From the NCBI GenBank assembly GCA_054661495.1, contig BAAFSQ010000380.1, positions 1 through 8,329 of the forward strand: a DNA stretch of 8,329 bases, in the 5' to 3' direction. Origin of the DNA: Zygophlyctis sp. KS116. Taxonomy: Eukaryota > Fungi > Chytridiomycota. Below are positions 7,829 to 8,329 of the stretch, in pieces (position 1 is the stretch's first letter; each line of letters begins with the position of its first letter). The notes beneath the pieces were generated by a model. That model was not told where the DNA came from. It did no database searches and saw only the letters and a list, made by a program, of their open reading frames with translations. The position numbers and the translations under genes were made by a program.

Positions 7829-8329
7829 TTAAAATAGTAACTGATCTCCATCATATATCTTTGTTTCGATAGTAAAATCATCGGTATAGCTATTCATACG
7901 AAGGAGAATAACTCGTTCGGTATAAATTATTTGCAGCTGAAATTTTAAATGCAATGAGCCATAGTATTCTAAATGAAAATAGTAAAGATTCATTAATGAG
8001 AGACATTCATTGCAGATTTTGAATTTTCGATTTAGAACGGAAAAATTCTCTTCTATACGAAGGAGTATAACTCGTTCTGTATAGATTATTTGAAGCTGAA
8101 ATTTTAAATGCAATGGGCCATAGTATTCTAAATGAACATAGTAAAATTTCATTAATGAGAGACATTCGTTACATTTTTTGAATTTTCGATTTAGACAGTA
8201 AAAATTCTCGTCTATACGAATGAGTATAACTCGTTCGGTATAAATGATTTGCAGCTGAAATTTTAATTGCAATGAGCCATAGTATTCTAAATGAACATAG
8301 TAAAAATTCATTAATGAGAGACATTCATT
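7829..8329 (-). CDS. Hypothetical 53-aa tandem-repeat ORF in the ORF1 position of LINE B (frame open to the window edge)
   Basis: Stop-free minus-strand frame through all units, unit length a multiple of 3, several synonymous differences. No recognisable domain, so it may be non-coding. Confidence 0.3.
   Translation of the reverse strand, partial: NECLSLMNFYYVHLEYYGSLQLKFQLQIIYTERVILIRIDENFYCLNRKFKKCNECLSLMKFYYVHLEYYGPLHLKFQLQIIYTERVILLRIEENFSVLNRKFKICNECLSLMNLYYFHLEYYGSLHLKFQLQIIYTERVILLRMNSYTDDFTIETKIYDGDQLLF
7896..8329. repeat. Tandem array of 159-bp units, at least 2.7 copies, truncated by the window edge
   Basis: Units start ATACGAA at 7896, 8055 and 8214. Units 1 and 2 differ at 16 of 159 positions by manual count, with no indels. 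Confidence 0.97.

Larger units (their letters stand above)
4671..7895 (-). mobile_element. Non-LTR retrotransposon (LINE) B, APE-RT type; 5' boundary uncertain and may include the 159-bp array
   Basis: Intact APE-RT-CCHC ORF, 3' UTR with stem-loops, AATAAA and (TAACCC)n tail. No TSD partner found in the window. Confidence 0.85.

Noticed and set aside
3911-7872. Short ORFs 3911-4177(-), 4769-4951, 5728-5913, 5807-5989, 6517-6765, 7387-7587 and 7645-7872(+)
   Set aside because: Antisense to well-supported pol genes, short, and without recognisable features
7885-7897. TATAGCTATT as a TSD partner of TATAGCATT (4659-4667) for LINE B
   Set aside because: Only 6 bp match exactly, and the left copy does not abut the tail
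7896-8329. CRISPR array or diversity-generating retroelement template/variable repeats next to an RT
   Set aside because: There are no unique spacers, the differences are not confined to adenines, and the RT is APE-LINE type

Overview
AT-rich, eukaryote-type retrotransposon region holding two intact, highly divergent APE-endonuclease/reverse-transcriptase non-LTR retrotransposons (LINEs) arranged tail-to-tail about 85 bp apart. Element A (+, 78-4585) looks full length or nearly so. It is bounded by an 11-bp target-site duplication (ACGACGAGTCG at 67-77 and 4586-4596) and has a 22-nt A-rich leader, a zinc-knuckle-free coiled-coil ORF1 coupled to ORF2 by an ATGA overlap, and a (TAAAGTAAG)2 tail. 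Element B (-, about 4671-7895) encodes a ~1000-aa APE-RT-CCHC protein with no in-frame ATG ahead of its first endonuclease motif. It has a structured 3' UTR, an AATAAA, and a 3' end made of telomeric repeat ((TAACCC)n in the RNA). Directly upstream of B, where an ORF1 or promoter would be, is an array of 159-bp units (at least 2.7 copies, running off the window). The units carry a conserved hairpin and also read as an open 53-aa repeat ORF that overlaps the start of the B pol frame. Host and clade cannot be fixed from this window. A TTAGGG-telomere microbial eukaryote such as a fungus is plausible, but that is inference.
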